From an uncultured Hormoscilla sp. (GTDB lineage: Bacteria; Cyanobacteriota; Cyanobacteriia; Cyanobacteriales; Desertifilaceae), in the NCBI GenBank assembly GCA_963921275.4, contig OZ001293.3, forward strand, positions 1,696,001 through 1,760,000: 64,000 bases of DNA, read 5' to 3'. Of this stretch, positions 33,333-45,262 are shown piece after piece. Each line of letters opens with the position of its first letter. The stretch's first letter is position 1. The notes below the pieces were generated by a model that worked only from the letters and a program-made list of their open reading frames with translations, had not been told where the DNA came from and ran no database searches. The position numbers and the translations under genes are program-made.

Positions 33333-36300
33333 TCATGCTGATAAGTCTCGCAAGTCAGCCCAAGGGCGATCGCTCCTGAGTACATCTGAAGGATTGGGTG
33401 GCAAACCTCCCCGTCTGGTGACCGTAAAGCTAGAGCCCACAGCTACCGCACAACCAACACTTAATTGATTGCTAGGATTTACCACATTTTCTGGCAGTTT
33501 CACCAATCCAGAAGTGGTATCTACATTAGGATTAATAATTTTGACAATCCCATCTAGACCCAACTCTGAAGTTGCAGTAATACTGCTATCGGGTGAGACA
33601 AAAATTCCTTCAACTGTTATTTGCACATTGCCTCCCGCACCAAGTTCGGCATTGGCACTAATGCTGCTATTGTTGATGAGAGCTAAGGTTTCCGTGTCAA
33701 TGGTGATATTGCCTCCCGTTGCTTCAGCAGTAGCATTACCACGAATGCTACTGCCACGGTGCATTTGTATGCTATCTGTATTGAGGGTGATGTTACCCCG
33801 ATCGCCCGATCGCACTTCCGAACTCAAGCGACCGTCTGCATCCAAATCGATCAGATCGGCTGTAATATTTAAGTTACCTGCATCTCCCGTTCCCTCGCTG
33901 CTGACCGTAATTTCTCCGCGATCGCGCACCCGCAGGCGATCGGCAGTAATATCGATGGAGCCAGCGGCAAAAGCGCTTGTCGATTCTGCCGAAATCGAAC
34001 TGGAAGAATCGCCAGAAATACCTTCGACGAGAATATCGTCCGCGCTTCGATGTCTCCGGAGAGCGCTACTCGCACTACTCCGGAGACATCGAATATTCAA
34101 GTTCCCAGCTACACCACCACCCCCAGTCGCAGCAGCAATATGTCCGCCATCAAACACTCGCAGGCGATCGGTCTCTAAGGTAATGCTGCCGCCCGAAGCC
34201 GTAGAACGAGACCCCACCGAAGCCGAGATGCCGCTACTGGTGCCAAAGAAATCCACCAAAGCACTGCTGACCTCAACATTTGTCGCCCGAATGTCAATAT
34301 TTCCCGCATCTCCTCCGCTTTGGGTGGTGGAGGTAATTTGCCCTCCTTCTGCTAGCCGCAGGGTATTCGTTTCCACAGTAATATTACCCCCGCTTCGATG
34401 CCTTCGGGATGCTTCGCAAAGACCCCTCAGGCATCGACCGCTACTTCCAGAAGTATTTACTAAGGGAGAAGATTGGCTAAAAATGCCGCTAAAAAAGTCT
34501 CCCGTCGGGTTCGTGCCCGCAATTTCTAATGTATCCCTTACCCGGAGGACAATATCCCCAGCATCCCCAAGCTGGGGTCGAGCCTATTGTCACCTCCCAA
34601 CCCTCCCTTTCGGAACCGTGCATGCGACTTTCACCGCACACGGCTACTGGGTAGATGCCCTTGTCCTAGATAGAATTACTCAGGATTACTCCCTTTGTTC
34701 CTTTCTTCATGCAATTTCACCCCTTATGGTTAGTCTCAGACTACATATATGCCCAATTCCGGAAGGTTCGCGGGGGATAACAGTACCAACCCATATTATC
34801 CGCTCTTTACTAACGTTTACCTAATTTATTAGGTTCTCCAAGTTTTACCCGGTCAGGTCTTTAGTCCAACACTCATTACCTAGGATTTCTCCTGGTCTAT
34901 AACATTAAGGTTACTTTCACCCAAAGATTCTATCTATCACCGACCCACGTCAGCATATCCATAGGTGTTACCCCAGGCGTTCGCTTCTTGGGCCATCTCT
35001 CTTCTCATGGCTTGCGCTTTACATCTAACTTGTCCAAATGAGGACAGCTCATGAGAAGTTACTTCGTTCCCTGGTCTCATTTCACGATATCCTTAGACCC
35101 TCACTTTACCCCGGTAGTTCTTCGAGCACGATATTGGTCAAAGTCCATAACCAATACTAACTACTTTTCCCTTTTGGGCCAGCGCATAAAGCCTTATTTC
35201 GCTGGTTCTACATTACGAGGCTTACACGAGTTTGTTTCTTCTGATCTTAGACATCTTTCCTAGCGGCGTCACTGATTTAGACTATCAGCTATCCTACATT
35301 TAAGTCCTCGCTTAGCACCGCGACGATGTGGCTCCGCAGCACCTCACGCGGTTACCCCCATGCCTAGGGAGAGGGAATTTAACCCCCATGAGTACCAGAG
35401 TTCCTAGTTTCCTAGGCTAGCGTTCCGTATTTGACCACGTTAGGCTATAACTCATCGCACGGACTATTTGTACTTGTTTGCACCCGCCCTTCGTCTAGCA
35501 ATTGGATGCGAGTTGTGTCAATGGTGATATTTCCGCCATCACCTCCTTGACCGATGTTGGACGCTAAAAAACCGCTAGCATTAAAACTGTCTGCCGTTGC
35601 TCCAATGGCCTGAATTTCATCCATCGTTACTGCTGTTCGTCACGGCTGCCACAAACCCTTGATTTGAGAGGTTGAGGGTTCCTTGGGGATTGTTAATGGT
35701 AATATTGCCCCCCCTGCCACTGTTAGGAGTAGCCGAACGAGTTAAAATCCCGCTAAATTGTCCTCTGGAGCTAAACCCAGAAATTGATATTTCTCCCGCT
35801 GCCTCAATTGAAATATTGCCGGAAGTTTCTGGGGCGGCAGTTACGGTTTGAATTCTCGAACCCCCCGTTACTGACAGAGAACCGGTATTCAGTTCAATAT
35901 TACCTCTATTTCCCACTGCCCCCAAGGCAACATCATTGGCAATAGTACTCCCTGAGTTCAAACTCGTGCTGTTGAAAACATCAATTTTGATGGTTCCTCC
36001 ATTGGTATTTGGGTCGTTTCCCCTCGCAGTTAAGCCAGCGTTCGCTGTACTAGACCTTAAACTCAAGTTAGCTGCATTAATTGCAATTGTACCTCCTGTA
36101 GCGGAGGTGACATCTATTTGGGTATTGTCTAGCTGAATTTCTCCTCCCTGGGTTGCATCCGATAGTGCTACTTCTCCACCCGGTGCCAGTAACCTAGCAC
36201 TATCCAGGTTCAGAGAGCCTCCTGCAAAGATCAGATTTTTTCTTGGTTTTACTGCTAGAGTAGAACCATTAACTCCCACGGGTTGGGGATTATTTCCCCA

Positions 36301-36804
36301 TTGCAAACCCAGGGGAACATTTATCGTTAGCAAGGGAAGTGCTTCCGGGTTGGTAGCGCTGAATGTCATGCCATTTTTAAAGACTATACCCTGGGCGCTA
36401 CTGCCCAAGAAGGAACCGCCGATATCTAGTCTGGCGTTCGGTCCAAATATAATCCCATTGGGATTGATTAAAAATAGATTTGCCCCACCATTGGCGCGAA
36501 TTAAGCAATCAATATTGGAAATGTTGCTCCCTGTGACCCGGGTGAGGATGTTGTCGATATTAATGGCATTGTTGAAAAATGCTTCGCTGCCGGTGGGGAC
36601 GGAAAATTCCGAGAAACTATGGAACAGGTTGCTGCCTGCTGTGGTTCCTCCCTCAATGGTCATCACATTGGAGTTGGGCGTGACAATGGAATTATTGGGC
36701 AATGTGGCATCTGGCACTATTTGTGCCTTGCCAACCGGTGTGAATGCCACCAATAGCAGTAAACTACTAGCTACTGTTGTTGCTGTTTTATAGAGGTGTT
36801 TCAT
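33333..36804 (-). pseudogene. Second TpsA-family protein containing a group II intron, two in-frame palindromic inserts and a frameshift near 35620
   Basis: N-terminal domain in 35617-36804; GGNITI repeats continue in 35461-35620 and 33333-34569. Confidence 0.8.
34570..35460 (-). ncRNA. ORF-less group IIB intron, copy 1 (891 nt)
   Basis: 5' GTGCG; domain V TAGCCGTGTGCGGTGAAAGTCGCATGCACGGTTC; domain VI; removal gives ...STNS-P-GDAGDI in frame. Confidence 0.93.
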
Positions 36805-37012
36805 GGTACATTTATCGGGGGATTTCCTTTATATATTCAGCTGACAAATATTATAAATAAAATGTAAAAAACTTGGAAGATTCAATATTATTTTAATCTG
36901 TCCGGCCCGGAATGGGACCTGGAGACGATCGTGTAAGTGAAAACCCGGGTTTTCTCAAAAACCCGGGTTTCTGAATTCACAACTGTTGGGTTAGGCAAGT
37001 GGACGATCGCCG

Positions 37013-37906
37013 TTAATCGCGAAGCAAATGTAAAAAGCGGCGAATCAGACCAATAGTAATAGCAGGAACTTCCAGCTGAGGGGTCAACCCGACATCTTCG
37101 AGCTGTTGAAATTCCCGGATTGCCTGGGGATTCAGTGCGGCCAAACGCTTGCCAATCTCTGGACCTGTAAACTGGGATTTCTCTCCCCAGATGATGGCAG
37201 TTGGCACGTTCAGCTGAGCAATATAGGCAGACAAATCGAAGCACAAATCCCCGCGTAAGAAGGCAAGTGCGGCATATTCGGCATTCGGTTGTTCGGCTGA
37301 TTCCAGGTAGGCGTCCGCGATTTCTTCATATATCCGATCGGGACTGGCAAACTGGCGGGAGAACAGAAAGCTGCGAATCCCTCCACTGGTAGCAATACCG
37401 GTACTATAGAGCAAGCGGTCCAGAATGGGGGTGCTGGCCAGTTGAGCAAAGAAGCTGCGGGAGTAATCTTCTCCAAAATCAGACAAACCCGCAGGCGCAG
37501 TCAAGATCAGGGACTTAAATAAATCTGGGCGGGTAATGGCCGCTCTGATCGTAAAAGCAGCTGTCAGAGAAGAAGCAATTACCGCAGTCGGTTCGCTACA
37601 GGTTTGCTCCAGAAACTCAATAATCGTCGTCAGATAATCGTCAATCTGGTAATTGCGTTCTGGATGCTCCGATCGTCCCCATCCAATTAAATCTGGAGCC
37701 AAAATGCGATAGTCCCAGGCAAAAGCAGGATAGACTTTTGACCACTCGTAAGCCGAGGAACCACCGCCAAAGCCATGGAGAAATACCAAAGTTGGTAAAT
37801 TATCCCCATTGGAGGGTTGCCTTGGCGCTTCAGTTGCGGTATAATATACCATCCTGCCGATGGAGGTGACAATTGATTGCTGGCCGAAGCCTGGTGGCAG
37901 AAACAT
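37013..37906 (-). CDS. Alpha/beta hydrolase fold protein
   Basis: FLHGFGGG, APDLIGWGRS. Confidence 0.85.
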   Translation of the reverse strand: MFLPPGFGQQSIVTSIGRMVYYTATEAPRQPSNGDNLPTLVFLHGFGGGSSAYEWSKVYPAFAWDYRILAPDLIGWGRSEHPERNYQIDDYLTTIIEFLEQTCSEPTAVIASSLTAAFTIRAAITRPDLFKSLILTAPAGLSDFGEDYSRSFFAQLASTPILDRLLYSTGIATSGGIRSFLFSRQFASPDRIYEEIADAYLESAEQPNAEYAALAFLRGDLCFDLSAYIAQLNVPTAIIWGEKSQFTGPEIGKRLAALNPQAIREFQQLEDVGLTPQLEVPAITIGLIRRFLHLLRD

Positions 37907-38327
37907 CCACTAATCCTCAAAAAACTGGTTGATTTGTTCCGATCCTGCCTTAATTTTCCCCTCTTATACCAAATGCATTGTCAGCGGTCAGTTGTCAGCG
38001 TCATCCCGTTTCCTCGGCCTGGTGGCCACTGGTAAGGTACGCGGTCGCTACCACCTGCGATCCGTAGAAAATATTCCTGCCAAAAATTGAAAAATCTCAG
38101 AGAATCTTCTATATTGGGGGGTATCACCCATCATCCGTAAATACATTAAGATAAAGATGGTGTCTAGTTACATCATCAAAAAGGGGGCATCCTTATCTGC
38201 ATAAATATTATTAAATGACATTTATTGAGTAGATAAATTGGGCTTCTAGAGCATAATAGAACGTTTTTGTTCTCCAGATGGTGGCTTTAAGAAGAGATTA
38301 AGGTTGGGGAGCTAGAACCGTAGATAT

Positions 38328-38995
38328 ATGGAGGATGATAGGTTAAAAATGACTGCTTTTAGTAAGTGGAAGGATGGGATGAAAGAAAAATATAGTCTTC
38401 AATTTGACGATCGCGACCTGTGGGAAAGACCGGCACGTGAGGCTTTTGTATTTGGTAAAGTAACAACGGAGAGAGTCTCATTGCTGGAAAAAATTCAGGT
38501 ACAAGATTCCGTGTCTAATTTACCTGCACAAGCGGACGGGCCCCCGAATGGCTCGGGTACTGCACGGAAGTGCATAGCCTTAAACTTGGAAAAACTCAAA
38601 TCTTTTGAAGTGCTAGACTGGCAGTTTGCCGAATTGGGGGTAACATTTACAAATGCGATCGTCCTACAGCCGTCTAATCCAGCTTTTCCACCCCGGTCTG
38701 GTACGATGGTATTAATCAGCGGTCCCAGAAGCGGCTGGCTGGAAGCTTCCTTCCGAGAACCAGTCTCTTGCGTCAGCTGCTTTGTCACCAGTTCCCGGCA
38801 GATGGTTCTTCTGCTTACGATCTCGACGACCAGCTGCTGACCCAAGTGGAAATTCCTGAGTCTAATTTAGCAGGATCTAAATTGGCGATCGGGCCCAACA
38901 GCAACCTGATATTACAGGTGCCGAACATCCGCCGAATTACCTTCTACGCCTTTGACGGTCAATTCAGCATCAATGACTTCAAATTTTCTATCTAG
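38328..38995 (+). pseudogene. Conserved cyanobacterial hypothetical protein, frameshifted near 38812
   Basis: NAIVLQPSNPAFPP continues in another frame as AYDLDDQLL...FSINDFKF. Confidence 0.55.
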
Positions 38996-38997
38996 GG

Positions 38998-39908
38998 ATG
39001 GCCAAACCTGACAACCTGTTAATAAAATACAGCAGTCGTTTGTTTGCGGATCCCATGGAACGAGAGCAATTTGTTAACGCCTTAACTTCTCCGACTTGCG
39101 AACAGGTTGCATTCTTTAGTGCCGAGAAAAGCCTACAAAAGATCTGTTTTCTATTGATGTGGCTCTGAGTTGGCAGCCTCAGTTTGTAGATCGCTTAACC
39201 CCGTCAGTCAGGCCGGGAAAACATTACTTACATATCAGTGGTGCATACTACTGTCTCGACTTTTCTTCTGTCTTTGCTGCTACCACTCTATTAGCAATTC
39301 CTACTCCTGTAAAATTAGTCTTGGATGTCTGTGCTGCCCTTGGAGGTAAGAGTATCTTTGCCTGGAGAGCTGGAGAGCCTGAATTACTCCTATGTAATGA
39401 AGTGATTGTGCTGCTCTGATCTCTAACTTAAGGCGGTGTAAAATTCATCGGGCTGCGGTTATGAGTCTGGATGCAAAAATCATGGCAGAAATAATAGCAA
39501 AAATGGCAGGTTTGGCGATCGTAGATGCTCATTGTAGCGGTCAATCTTTACTTGCTAAAAGAATAGCAAATCCTGGATGTTTTCATCCGGCCATTATTAA
39601 TAAAAATGCTAATCGTCAAAAAATAATCTTAGCCAATAGCGCTCAGTTAGTCGCAAGGCTATCTTGCTTATATGACCTGTACCTATGCGATCGCGGAAAA
39701 CGAGCAGGTATGTGCGTGGTTTCTGAACAGATTTCCTCAGTTTGTGCCAGTAGTTGTGCCCGATCTGGTTCCATATCAATCTCATCTGACCCACCTACCT
39801 TGCTATCGGATCTGGCCTCAATCTGGTCTGGGTGCAGGTGCCTTTACGGCCCTGTTTCACAATACAGAAGAGGGAAAAAGCGCAAGCATCCCTGATGATT
39901 TTTGGTAA
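38998..39908 (+). pseudogene. RsmB/NOP-family RNA m5C methyltransferase
   Basis: YYCLDFSS, LDVCAALGGKS, VDAHCSGQ, YMTCT..AENE; multiple frameshifts and stops. Confidence 0.8.
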
Positions 39909-39961
39909 CATTCCCGTTTAAATTATTTATAAGCGAAGAACGAGATATATCTCTATGAAAG

Positions 39962-40834
39962 CTATAGCTGCTCGATCCTTGTCTGTAATTCTATGAGATC
40001 GGAATGCTGAGTGATGTCAAGCTGAGTAATTGCCCAATCAAAAAAGCTCTTTAGAGAAATGTAACTAGGTTCTTGTTTTTGCATAGCCTTTTGAATATCT
40101 TTGCCGTGAAACCAAGTCAAATACTGCTTCTGTTCCCAAAACTCCGATCGAGCAAACTGCTGTTGATAGATAGCAAGGCTCTCTTCAAACTGAGCTCGTG
40201 TAATCGTTTCAATAGCCTGTTTAAATTCGTCAATTAATTTTAAGGCTTTAGTTTGACAATCTTCCAGAACTAATGAGGCCGGAAGTTTGCCACTACCACC
40301 TGTCCATGTGGTTTTGAGGTGTGTCCGTGCGGCGCCCGTGTTTACCAAGTCCGATAATGCCCATTTTACAGCTTGATACTCTTGCAGTATGCTGGCGCTA
40401 GCTTTAATCCATTCTGAAATGGTCTCCATTCCAGGGGAATCTCCATGTCCCCATTTAGAACTGGGATTTTCCTGCTTTTCTGTATACTTGGCTATCCAAT
40501 AGCTGTGAATTAGATTAGCATCTAAAAGATAGTTTTCCACGCAAGCACGATGAGTCAGAAACCTCCGTGGTTTGTCCAGTTCCAGTAATTGGATATTGGT
40601 AGTAGGTATACTGTCGAAATCCCGATCGCGGAAGATGATATATCGCTGTTCTTCTGCTTCATCTGGAAAAAAGTAACCCCGAGCAAAAACGGAAAAAGTA
40701 AACTTACCACCTGCTGCAACAATTGCAGGTCGATCTCCGGGCAGGCGATCGACTACTCTTTTAAGCAACCTGGCGTCTAAACTAGATTGCTTGCCTTCAC
40801 AAAAAATAATTTTTTTCCCACTAACGACACTCAT
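39962..40834 (-). CDS. TOPRIM/DUF4435-like putative nuclease (AriB-like)
   Basis: IFCEG...D, RDRDFD, VENY motifs; starts 2 nt after the ATPase stop. Confidence 0.65.
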   Translation of the reverse strand: MSVVSGKKIIFCEGKQSSLDARLLKRVVDRLPGDRPAIVAAGGKFTFSVFARGYFFPDEAEEQRYIIFRDRDFDSIPTTNIQLLELDKPRRFLTHRACVENYLLDANLIHSYWIAKYTEKQENPSSKWGHGDSPGMETISEWIKASASILQEYQAVKWALSDLVNTGAARTHLKTTWTGGSGKLPASLVLEDCQTKALKLIDEFKQAIETITRAQFEESLAIYQQQFARSEFWEQKQYLTWFHGKDIQKAMQKQEPSYISLKSFFDWAITQLDITQHSDLIELQTRIEQL

Positions 40835-40836
40835 AA

Positions 40837-41898
40837 TTATCCCTCTATGCGGATGATATTTTCCTCGGGCACTAATGCCTCTACATAATCAGAGTGCGTT
40901 GTAATGATGAATTGATTATTTTCACCTAACTTGGGCAATGCACTCAGCAATGCCTGTTGCATTGGCGGGTGTAAGTGCAACTCTATTTCATCAATTAAGA
41001 TAACTGAATTATGAATATTCCAACTGGCAAAGTCCATTAACATGGGAAATACAGCACGTTCTCCCCCAGACATCTCAGAAATTTCATACTGGTTTTTACT
41101 GTCGTAAAGATAAAACCAGGGTTCGCTGAAGATTTCATCGATATTCTCTCGGGGGACAGGACCTTCAAAACTACGATCGGGAAAAACTGCTTTTAATCTC
41201 GATTCTATTTCAGCATACAAGTCCTTTTGTCCCGGTCGAAGTTTCTGAAATTTTCCACTTTCGATATCTTGATGAAATTGCCGCAACTTGGAAAGGCGAT
41301 CGCGCAAGAAATTCTCGGTAATTTCCAGTCGGATATCGGAGTTTTCCAGGGTGAGGCTTGTGGAAGTTCTCTGTTCTGTATACCAAAGGACTGTGCCCAC
41401 CTGCTCGAACACCTGGAACCCTTCAGAACGAAGCAGTTGCTTGGCATATTCTCGTCCTTTGAATTGAAAGAATTCCGCAGCGGTATTTGCTTGCACGCGA
41501 TCGCGTTGCCATCGGAGCTTGACAATATGCTCTTGGGCAGGAGAAGATAAGTCGTGCCCCATCTGAAGTAATTTCTGCTGGAACTCGCGGACTGCTTGCA
41601 GTTCTGGGGATGAAAACTGTACCTGTAGAGTAACTTCCGGTTCAAAACGTCCCCAGTTGCTGCTAATCAGTTCGTAGTTAAAGCCCGGCCATTCCAAGTC
41701 AGATAGTTTTTTCAATCTCCCAGTTGCTACCCCCAATGTTGCCGCGATCGCCTGTAAAATGCTTGTCTTTCCCGCACCATTCATGCCGATCAAAACGATC
41801 AGATCTTTGGCTAATCCTGTTTCTGCATCGGTAAAATCGAATACTGGGGGCTGACGAAATCTCTTGAAATACTTTAACTCGATAGATTGAATTTTCAT
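40837..41898 (-). CDS. ABC/AAA_21-type ATPase (AriA-like)
   Basis: Walker A GMNGAGKT, signature MSGGE, Walker B ILIDEIE, ITTHS; no TM partner. Confidence 0.85.
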   Translation of the reverse strand: MKIQSIELKYFKRFRQPPVFDFTDAETGLAKDLIVLIGMNGAGKTSILQAIAATLGVATGRLKKLSDLEWPGFNYELISSNWGRFEPEVTLQVQFSSPELQAVREFQQKLLQMGHDLSSPAQEHIVKLRWQRDRVQANTAAEFFQFKGREYAKQLLRSEGFQVFEQVGTVLWYTEQRTSTSLTLENSDIRLEITENFLRDRLSKLRQFHQDIESGKFQKLRPGQKDLYAEIESRLKAVFPDRSFEGPVPRENIDEIFSEPWFYLYDSKNQYEISEMSGGERAVFPMLMDFASWNIHNSVILIDEIELHLHPPMQQALLSALPKLGENNQFIITTHSDYVEALVPEENIIRIEG

Positions 41899-42263
41899 AA
41901 GCTGTCCCCGATCGCCTGCACTGAAGAACCATCTGCGGCCTATTTTACTACAAACTAGCTGGCCGGATGTGCCAGCAGTGCCAGCGGTACTGGAGGAGAT
42001 CGGGCCATATCAATCTCACCCCCTCGCTCCGGAACCTCCTCACTACTGCCGGTGTATACAGGCCAGTTTCGCAATACAGAACGGGGCTCCGGATCGACCT
42101 GTATCCCTTTACCATATATTATCCACAAAAGCAAATATCTTAGATTTTTTTAACCCCTAGAATATTTATATGCTATGCTCTGGTCTATAACCAGGCAACA
42201 AAAAGCTAGGTTTATTTAAAAAAAATTAACATTTAGTAGCACAATTTAATAAAACCAGATCCC

Positions 42264-43378
42264 ATGTTGCTTTCAGAAACCACAACTCAACCAGTTAACA
42301 GCACCCCGTCGCGAAGGAAGAGCAAAGTTGCTGACAATAAAATAGATAGCACCTTCTCTAAATCCAATCAGCGCATGCTCGACATTCTAGAAAGCATCGC
42401 AGATGCAATTTTTGTCTTAGACCAACAGTGGCGGTTCACATATCTGAATGGTCATACAGAGTCACTATGGCAAAGGAACTGCGTACAACCCAAAGTCAGT
42501 TGGTGCAGAACCAGACCATGTCTTCTCTAGGTCGCTAGTTGCTGGTGTGGCCCATGAAATTAACAATCCTGTTAACTTCATTTACGGCAATGTGGTCTAT
42601 GCGAAGGAATATGCTCTCGACCTGACGCGCCTGGTTAATCTGTATAGTCAGCATTGTCCCCAGGCAGTACCAGAGATTGAAGCAGCAACTGATGAAATTG
42701 ATATCGAGTTCATCGCTGCTGACCTGCATAAACTATTAGATTCGATGAAATTGAGGGCTGAACGCATCCGCAATATTGTCCTGTCCCTGCGCGCAATTTC
42801 TCCCGCCTGGATGAGGATGGGTTAAAGGCGGTCGATATTCACGAAGGGATTGACAATACTCTGCTGATCGTGTAGCATCGCCTGCATCCTCAGCCGACAG
42901 GAAGAGATCGGGAGATTCAAGTCATCAAAGATATGGGTATTTGCCCTCTGTAGAGTGTTACCCAGGACAGCTGAATCAGGTGTTTATGAATGTCCTGAAT
43001 AATGCGATAGATGCTTTATCAGGTTCATTTGTCATCAGCAAATAATCTGGGAAAAAGGCAGAGTATGCTGCTAAGAGTGGCGGAAGTGGAGTTCAGAAAG
43101 CCCCCAAGATTTGGCTCGGGACTGAGGTGCTGAAAAAACATTCCCGCGTGGCTATCACAATTAGAGACAATGGACCCGGAATAGCTGAAGAGATCCTATC
43201 ACGCATATACGATCCCTTCTTTACTACTAAACCTGTGGGTGAAGGTAAGGGATTGGGTTTATCTATCAGCTACAAAATTATTGTCGAGAAGCATCATGGC
43301 ATCCTGAATTGTACTTCCCAACCTGGAGTTGGGACGGAGTTCGCGATCGAACTCCCTATCTTTCGCCGCCATAAATAG
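42264..43378 (+). pseudogene. PAS sensor histidine kinase, deleted and frameshifted
   Basis: PAS start, VAHEINNP H-box, DNGPG and G boxes split across frames. Confidence 0.8.
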
Positions 43379-43660
43379 GCGTCGTTCGTAGTAAGCACTT
43401 TAGTGCTTCCCGTTCGTAGTAAGCACTTTAGTGCTTCCCAGGCGCGAAAGCGCCTAGAGGTTGGGTTGAGGCACGGATGCTGTTGGCGAAATCAGTTTAA
43501 TTCTCTGAAACCCCTTTTCTACGGTAGACAGCATCAACGATAAATTTGGCTTTCTCCCAATTCGCCAACAGCATCAGGCACGAAACCCAACCTACAGATT
43601 AATTATAAATCAGATGGTTGGGAATTATAGTTTGTCATGATGGTAGATCCGAGCGCGTAT

Positions 43661-44260
43661 CTAAGTGAAGATACTTTGCAAATTATGTTTAGCCCGATCG
43701 AACTCCGGCACCTGCCAACTGGGAACGAGGGGACGATCGAGTTCTTGGGAGTTCAGATAGACTGGATAGCGCAATTCAATTTGTAAAGCTTCTACCTGGG
43801 GAGGTTGGCCGTAGTTGCGGACAATGTAACCTCCACTAAACACTTTGTTACGAACAATTTGATAGTCCCTGGCCCTAAAAGGGACAGTTGCGATCAAAAA
43901 CTCCGAACAACTCCGCTCGTTGGCATTTCCCAAGCAAACATCATCGACGATCGGTCCCAATAAGCTTGCAAATCTAACAGATAGACTTTACCAAATTGCT
44001 CGCTAGACTGATGTAGCAATTGCTGAAGTTGTTGATGATAGGGTCGATAATATTGCTCGATATAGCGACTATAGATTGCTTGTAAAACGGTCACGCCCAG
44101 ATCGGGCAATAAATCGTAGAGTTTGTCAAGCTGCCAGTCTTGGTTGGGGAGGTAATGCCGATGTTCTTCCCTCAATTGTAAAGCCATTTCGGAGGGAATC
44201 AATAGTCCGCTGTGGGGAATACTGGCAATAATGGGAGATCTTTTAGCTTTGGGGGTGTGG
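43661..44260 (-). pseudogene. N-formylglutamate amidohydrolase
   Basis: IPHSG, QYYRPYH, FSGGYIVRNYG, ALQIEL; internal deletion and frameshift. Confidence 0.75.
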
Positions 44261-44351
44261 AGAAGATGGGATCATGTCAGTGGTCAATTGACAATTGTCA
44301 ATTCTGAGTGATTTTGGGTTAAGATAAGAGATGTAGTTATCCAAGAAGTTT

Positions 44352-44582
44352 ATGAAATTAGAAAGGCGATCGCCCCAGATAGTGAACCTCAAATGGGGAC
44401 AATTATAAATTGAAGGGAAGCAGTATTTTAAGGATGTTAAACTTTTCCCAGGAAGTTCCCGAGAGTGGGATTGGCGCGAGATCGGTACTCGTCATTCCCC
44501 GGGAATTCAAAGCACGGATGTCGCAGAAATTCTCGATAATGGTGCTACCGTTGTGGTTCTCTCTAAGGGAATGTGGGAGTAA
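44352..44582 (+). pseudogene. Mth938/DUF498-like protein fragment
   Basis: KDVKLFPG.SREWDWREIGTRHSPGIQ; in-frame TAA; truncated at the IS66-like remnant. Confidence 0.65.
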
Positions 44583-45070
44583 CTCCTCACGGCAATAGAG
44601 ACAGCTTATTGAGAATGTAGAGCGAGCCATTCGGTATGGTGCAAAAATTCAGGGGGTAAAATCGCACCCCACCCTTGCAGTATAAAGATTTCAGCTCTCA
44701 AGGCTATGGTACAACTTCCATACGGCTGATTTATTTGAGCTCCGCTTGGGGTATGCTAGCTTATATGACCTTTACTGCTACACTACAGACCGAGGAGCTG
44801 ACATTCGCCGTCAGACGAGATGGCGAACTATGTGCTGCTGGGGTAAAGCAGCAGCAACTCATCAAAGAACAGCAGGCTAGAATTGAGAAGCAACAGAAAG
44901 AACTGGAGGCTCTCAACGAAGAAAACTTACAACTCAAGAACGAGCTGGACAAACTGAAAAATCGGTCGTCTCAAAACAGTTCCGTTCCCCCTTCACAAGA
45001 CATTGTCAAGAAACCTTCTGATAAAAGCAAGCGCAAAAAAGGAAAAAAGCGCGGTCCCAAATATAATCAC
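44579..45070 (+). mobile_element. IS66-like transposase N-terminal remnant
   Basis: GTAA terminus; coiled coil followed by SQNSSVPPSQD...KKRG. Confidence 0.55.
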
Positions 45071-45262
45071 TGTGGCGGAGACATCGTACTCGCACTACCC
45101 CTCGCGCATCAAGCGGCCATATTCGCCGGGAGCCCAGAAACCCGGTTTTGCCGGAATTACCGAGTTTCTTAATTTTGCCATTGAGTTGCTAGTTCATCCA
45201 GGTGCTCACATCCACTGCTAGCTTTTGACCTAACCGCAGTAGCTGATGACTCTGGGATAAGT

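Noticed and set aside
33469..34824. 451-aa plus-strand ORF
   Set aside because: Antisense shadow of the TpsA repeat region running into the intron
35051..35263. Short ORFs inside the introns as maturase remnants
   Set aside because: No RT or YADD motifs; antisense and within domain I
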